14,861 bases of DNA from Candidatus Eiseniibacteriota bacterium (GTDB lineage: Bacteria; Eisenbacteria; RBG-16-71-46; SZUA-252), in NCBI GenBank assembly GCA_031370645.1, contig JANMQV010000237.1, forward strand, positions 1 to 14,861, written 5' to 3'. Numbering within the stretch: position 1 is the first letter of the stretch; each line of letters opens with the position of its first letter. This document shows, piece by piece, positions 11,245 to 14,861 of the stretch. The notes under the pieces were generated by a model. It made no database searches. It was not told the DNA's origin and worked only from the letters and a program-made list of their open reading frames with translations. The translations under genes were made by a program, and so were the position numbers.

Positions 11245-11298
11245 GTACTTGCCACCCTTCTCTTATAGAAGACGGCCGTGTCGGCGATACAGGGGGAA

Positions 11299-11682
11299 CT
11301 ACTTGATCTCGACCTTGGCACCCTGCTCTTCGAGCTTGGCCTTGACGCTGGCGGCCTCTTCCTTCGTCACCTTCTCCTTCACAGCCTTCGGGGCGCCGTC
11401 CACCAGGTCCTTCGCCTCCTTGAGGCCGAGACCCGTCAGCTCACGCACCACCTTGATGACGTTGATCTTCTTGTCGCCCGCCGCCATGAGCATGACGTCG
11501 AACTCGGTCTTCTCCTCGACGACCGCAGCCGCCGCACCGCCCATGCCCGGTCCCGCCATCATCATCGGGGCCGCCGCCGTCACGCCAAAGTGCTCCTCGA
11601 GCTTCTTCACGAGGCCGGAGACTTCGAGCATCGTCATGTTCTCGAGAAGGCTGATGATCTGCTGATCCTTGTTCGTTTCCAC
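11299..11682 (-). CDS. rplL: 50S ribosomal protein L7/L12 (127 aa, GTG start)
   Basis: [12 protein letters not shown] hinge, EEKTEFDV and [32 protein letters not shown] at 11696-11691. Confidence 0.99.
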   Translation of the reverse strand: METNKDQQIISLLENMTMLEVSGLVKKLEEHFGVTAAAPMMMAGPGMGGAAAAVVEEKTEFDVMLMAAGDKKINVIKVVRELTGLGLKEAKDLVDGAPKAVKEKVTKEEAASVKAKLEEQGAKVEIK

Positions 11683-11737
11683 TTATGCATCCTCCTGTAG
11701 GTATCCCCGGGCAGCGCCGCGGGGTCGTCCGCGGGGC

Positions 11738-12253
11738 CTACCCCTGCTTCTTTTTTCCAATCGCGTCGATGACTCCCACCATCTGGCGCAGCGAGCCCGA
11801 AAGCACGCCGACCATGCCCTGCATGGGAGAGCGGAGGGCTCCGATGAACTGTCCCAGCAACACCTCGCGAGGAGGCAACTGAGCCAGCATCTTGATCCCG
11901 TCCGAGTTATAGAGGTGGCCGCCGACAAAGGCGGCCTTCAACTTCGGCTTCTCGAATTCCTTGGCGAATTCCGCGAGGACCTTCGCCGCCGCCACCTCGT
12001 CCGATCCGAAGGCAATGCCCGTCGGACCTTCGAGGAACGGGTGCAGCTCCTCCACGCCCTGCGCGCTCAACGCGCGCTTCGTGAGCGTGTTCTTCGCGAC
12101 GACGTACTCCACCTTCGCATCGCGGAGCCTGCGCCGCATCTTCGTCGCCTGCTCGACGTTCATCCCCTGGAAGTCGGTCAGGTAGATCGACTTCGACCGG
12201 GCGATGATCTCTTGGAGATCGGCGACGGCTTTTTGCTTTTCAGCGGTGGACAT
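11738..12253 (-). CDS. rplJ: 50S ribosomal protein L10 (171 aa)
   Basis: Motifs DFQGMNV, VAKNTLTKRA, LEGPTGIAF and the C-terminal LPPRE helix. SD AGAGGT at 12266-12261. Located between rplA and rplL. Confidence 0.97.
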   Translation of the reverse strand: MSTAEKQKAVADLQEIIARSKSIYLTDFQGMNVEQATKMRRRLRDAKVEYVVAKNTLTKRALSAQGVEELHPFLEGPTGIAFGSDEVAAAKVLAEFAKEFEKPKLKAAFVGGHLYNSDGIKMLAQLPPREVLLGQFIGALRSPMQGMVGVLSGSLRQMVGVIDAIGKKKQG

Positions 12254-12301
12254 GAACGTGACCTCTTCGGTTCGAACCGGTTCGATTAGGGCCGTGGGCC
12301 G

Positions 12302-13006
12302 TTAGGCCTTGAGACTCGACTGGATCGCGACGGGATCGAGGCGAACCGGCGGCCCCATCGTCGAGCTGATGGTGATGCTCCGCAGATACTGGCCCTTCGC
12401 CGACGCCGGCTTGAGGCGCAACACTTCGCGCACGAACACTTCGACGTTCTGGAGCAACTGCTCCTTCCCGAACGAAGCCTTGCCCACCGGGGCGTGAAGA
12501 TTCCCGGCCTTGTCCACGCGGTACTCGATCTTTCCGGCCTTCATTTCCCGCACGGCCTTCGCGACATCCATCGTCACGGTTCCGCTGCGCGGATTCGGCA
12601 TGAGACCGCGGGGGCCGAGAACGCGACCGAGCTTTCCGACCTCGCCCATCATGTCCGGCGTCGCGATGATCGTGTCGACGTCCGTCCATCCCTCGTTCAA
12701 CTTCTTGATCCACTCGTCCGATCCGACGAAGTCCGCTCCCGCTTCCTTCGCCTCGCGCTCCTTGTCGCCCTTCGTCAGGACGAGCACGCGCACCTTCTTG
12801 CCGGTGCCGTGCGGGAGCACCACCGTGCCGCGAACCTGCTGGTCCGCGTGACGGGGGTCCACGCCCAGGCGCATCGCCACTTCGATCGTTTCGTCGAACT
12901 TGGCGGTGGCGCAGGACTTCAATCGCTCGACGGCGAGGTTCAGGTCGGTCAGTTTCTCCGCCCCGATCGTCTCGCTCGCCTTACGAAACCGCTTTCCGAG
13001 TTTCAT
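12302..13006 (-). CDS. rplA: 50S ribosomal protein L1 (234 aa)
   Basis: Motifs AKFDETIE, VRGTVVLPHGTGK, LGRVLGPRGLMPNP and SSTMGP. Confidence 0.99.
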   Translation of the reverse strand: MKLGKRFRKASETIGAEKLTDLNLAVERLKSCATAKFDETIEVAMRLGVDPRHADQQVRGTVVLPHGTGKKVRVLVLTKGDKEREAKEAGADFVGSDEWIKKLNEGWTDVDTIIATPDMMGEVGKLGRVLGPRGLMPNPRSGTVTMDVAKAVREMKAGKIEYRVDKAGNLHAPVGKASFGKEQLLQNVEVFVREVLRLKPASAKGQYLRSITISSTMGPPVRLDPVAIQSSLKA

Positions 13007-13016
13007 GGTTCGCCCC

Positions 13017-13448
13017 CTACCCTTCGATCTCGATGCCCATGCTGCGCGCGGTGCCTTCCACCATGCGCATGGCCATCTCGACGTCGTTGGCGTTGAGGTC
13101 GGGCCGCTTGAGCTCGGCGATTTCCCGGACCTGTGCCGTGGTGACCTTCGCCACCTTCGTGCGGTTCGGAACGCCGGAACCCTTCGCGACGCCGGCCGCG
13201 CGCTTCAACAGCACCGCCGCCGGGGGCGTCTTCGTGATGTACGTGAAGGAACGATCACTGTAGACGGTGATGACGACCGGGATGATGAGCCCGGTCTGGC
13301 CCTGCGTCTTCGCGTTGAACGACTTGCAGAACTCCATGATGTTCACGCCGTGCTGGCCGAGCGCCGGCCCGATGGGGGGCGCCGGAGTCGCGCTACCGGC
13401 AGGCACCTGGAGCTTCACGAGGGCCTTGATCGGTTTCGTAACCGCCAT
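13017..13448 (-). CDS. rplK: 50S ribosomal protein L11 (143 aa)
   Basis: Motifs [29 protein letters not shown] and GTARSMG. Confidence 0.99.
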   Translation of the reverse strand: MAVTKPIKALVKLQVPAGSATPAPPIGPALGQHGVNIMEFCKSFNAKTQGQTGLIIPVVITVYSDRSFTYITKTPPAAVLLKRAAGVAKGSGVPNRTKVAKVTTAQVREIAELKRPDLNANDVEMAMRMVEGTARSMGIEIEG

Positions 13449-13462
13449 GTCAATCCTTTCAC

Positions 13463-13530
13463 TGGCGCGGGGTCGCCCCCGCTCCCACGGTACGCGTGGT
13501 GGCGTGCGGTCGGGACTTAGCCCGCCGCCA
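13463..13530 (-). promoter_or_regulatory. Structured rplK leader, candidate L1 autoregulatory site
   Basis: Three predicted hairpins in the 93-nt nusG-rplK spacer. One is GGGA-GCGGGG-GCGA-CCCCGC (GNRA loop, 13482-13467), just upstream of the rplK RBS. It matches L1-binding leaders only partially. Confidence 0.4.
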
Positions 13531-13541
13531 TTTCCCGCCGG

Positions 13542-14093
13542 TTAGACCGGCTGGACCTGCAAGAAATCGAGTTCGACGGGAGTCGCGCGCCCGAAGATCG
13601 ACACCATGACCTTCACCTTCTGGCGCTCGGGGTTCACTTCGTCCACCACGCCGGTGAAGTCCGTGAACGGACCGTCGATCACCTTCACGTGCTCGCCCGA
13701 CTTGAACGGAACCTCGGCGCTTCCGCGCATGCGGCCGCCCGTTTCCAGATGGCCCAGGATCCGCTTCACCTCCGCCTCGCGAAGGGGGATCGGGTCCTGA
13801 CCGGAGCCGACGAAGCGCGTCACGCCGGGCACGTTCTGCACGACGAGTCGCGTCTCCATGTTCAAGTCCATCTCGACGATCACGTAGCTCGGGAAGGTTT
13901 TGCGCTTCGACGTGATGCGCTTCCCGTCCTTCATCTCGGCGAATTCCTCGGTCGCGACGAGAATCTGACCGAAGTGGTCCACGAGGCCGGCGCTGTGAAT
14001 TGCGCGCTCGAGATTCGCCTTCACCTTGTTCTCGTGACCCGAGTACGTATGGATCACGTACCAGTGCATCGTGCGCGTCCCTTCGGCCATCAT
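13542..14093 (-). CDS. nusG: Transcription termination/antitermination factor NusG (start at 14093 or 14090)
   Basis: Motifs WYVIHTYSGHENKVK, FPSYVIVEM, PGVTRFVG, KOW motif VIDGPF and IFGRATPVEL. The start overlaps the secE stop (ATGATG). Confidence 0.98.
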   Translation of the reverse strand: MMAEGTRTMHWYVIHTYSGHENKVKANLERAIHSAGLVDHFGQILVATEEFAEMKDGKRITSKRKTFPSYVIVEMDLNMETRLVVQNVPGVTRFVGSGQDPIPLREAEVKRILGHLETGGRMRGSAEVPFKSGEHVKVIDGPFTDFTGVVDEVNPERQKVKVMVSIFGRATPVELDFLQVQPV

Positions 14094-14329
14094 CCGACCA
14101 ACTTGAGCAGCGCTTCGAACGCGAACGACAGCCCGCGGTCGACGATGCCGACGAAGATGGCGACCATGATGACCATCACGACCACGACCATCGTGTGACG
14201 CCGCAATTCCTCGCGCGTCGGCCAGCTAACCTTGCTCATTTCGATGCGCACGTCTTTGACGTATTCGCGCAGATTCGGCAGCGACCCGGGCCGCGCCTCA
14301 CTCTTTTCTGTAGTCGGTTCCGCTCGCAC
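14090..14329 (-). CDS. secE: Preprotein translocase subunit SecE (about 79 aa, single TM, GTG start)
   Basis: EMSKVSWPTREE motif followed by one hydrophobic helix. The ORF-track start at 14395 lies inside tRNA-Trp. GTG at 14329-14327 follows SD GAGGGG (14340-14335) and is the more plausible start. Confidence 0.93.
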   Translation of the reverse strand: MRAEPTTEKSEARPGSLPNLREYVKDVRIEMSKVSWPTREELRRHTMVVVVMVIMVAIFVGIVDRGLSFAFEALLKLVG

Positions 14330-14362
14330 GGATTCCCCTCTTAATGTCCCCAAACCAGTGGG

Positions 14363-14440
14363 TGGCAGGCCAGGAGGGATTCGAACCCCCGACACCCGGT
14401 TTTGGAGACCGGTGCTCTAACCGGACTGAGCTACTGGCCT
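14363..14440 (-). tRNA. trnW: tRNA-Trp (anticodon CCA), 3' CCA encoded
   Basis: AGGCCAGTAGCTCAGTCCGGTTAGAGCACCGGTCTCCAAAACCGGGTGTCGGGGGTTCGAATCCCTCCTGGCCTGCCA. Acceptor stem AGGCCAG/CTGGCCT, D stem GCTC/GAGC, anticodon arm CCGGT-CTCCAAA-ACCGG, T loop TTCGAAT. Usual position between rpmG and secE. Confidence 0.98.
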
Positions 14441-14464
14441 ACCCGGCATGAACGACCCGCTCAG

Positions 14465-14617
14465 TTACCGGGTCTCTTTATGTAGCGTGGTCTTCCGGCA
14501 GCGCGGGCAGAACTTCTTCCACTCGACGCGGTCCGGATGCTTCCGCTTGTTCTTCGTATTCGTGTAATTGCGCTCCTTGCAATCTCCGCAAGCGAGCGTG
14601 ATGTGATCGCGTGGCAT
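14465..14617 (-). CDS. rpmG: 50S ribosomal protein L33 (50 aa, Zn-ribbon C+ type)
   Basis: Below the ORF-track length cutoff. Manual translation: [58 protein letters not shown] at 14631-14626. Confidence 0.97.
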   Translation of the reverse strand: MPRDHITLACGDCKERNYTNTKNKRKHPDRVEWKKFCPRCRKTTLHKETR

Positions 14618-14650
14618 GTCTCGAAACCTCCGCTACGAAATTACGACGAA

Positions 14651-14861
14651 TTACTCGACGATCTCCGTCACGACGCCGGCGCCGACGGTGCGGCCACCCT
14701 CGCGAATGGCGAACCGAAGTCCCGTCTCCATCGCGATCGGCGTGATCAACTCGATCTGCAAGTCCACGTTATCTCCCGGCATCACCATCTCCCGGCCCTC
14801 CGGAAGCGTCGCCACTCCCGTCACGTCCGTCGTCCGGAAGTAAAACTGTGGCCGGTACCCC
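14651..14861 (-). CDS. tuf: Elongation factor Tu, 3' part (enters from the window edge)
   Basis: Manual translation: [69 protein letters not shown]. This is the EF-Tu C-terminus, with TAA at 14653-14651. Confidence 0.98.
   Translation of the reverse strand, partial: GYRPQFYFRTTDVTGVATLPEGREMVMPGDNVDLQIELITPIAMETGLRFAIREGGRTVGAGVVTEIVE

Noticed and set aside
12268..12279. GGTTCGAACC as a tRNA fragment or integration-site remnant
   Set aside because: No acceptor, D or anticodon arms, and no integrase or foreign DNA nearby. Kept only as part of the palindrome finding.
14330..14395. N-terminal 22 codons of the 101-aa secE ORF
   Set aside because: They overlap the tRNA-Trp gene. The GTG at 14329 with an SD is the more plausible start.
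200..14843. Many short alternative-frame and antisense ORFs in the track
   Set aside because: All overlap well-supported conserved genes and have the low-complexity Arg/Gly/Pro/Ser composition typical of GC-rich off-frame translation.
1..14861. CRISPR arrays, IS elements, introns, frameshifts, recoding, intrinsic terminators
   Set aside because: No regularly spaced repeats or transposase motifs. All complete genes are intact and of roughly expected length, TGA/TAA/TAG are used as ordinary stops, and no hairpin is followed by a U-tract.

Overview
A GC-rich bacterial core-genome segment, entirely on the minus strand. It holds the conserved transcription/translation supercluster: tuf (3' end) - rpmG - tRNA-Trp(CCA) - secE - nusG - rplK - rplA - rplJ - rplL - rpoB - rpoC - rpsL - rpsG - fusA - tuf (5' end). 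Both edges fall inside tuf, which suggests a contig broken at two tuf copies. RpoB/RpoC sequence style suggests an FCB-superphylum relative (inference only). I see no mobile element, CRISPR array, accessory gene or new multi-gene system. The most notable observation is two substitutions at normally near-invariant positions in the RpoB rifampicin-resistance cluster I (E. coli-equivalent Q517K and R528P). Also noted: very compact spacers lacking the canonical L10 leader and rplL-rpoB attenuator; stop-codon-to-SD hairpins before tuf and rplL; an SD-occluding hairpin before rpoB; a sigma70-type promoter overlapping the rpoC stop codon; and an in-frame, stop-free rpoB-rpoC spacer. The long plus-strand ORFs are antisense shadows.
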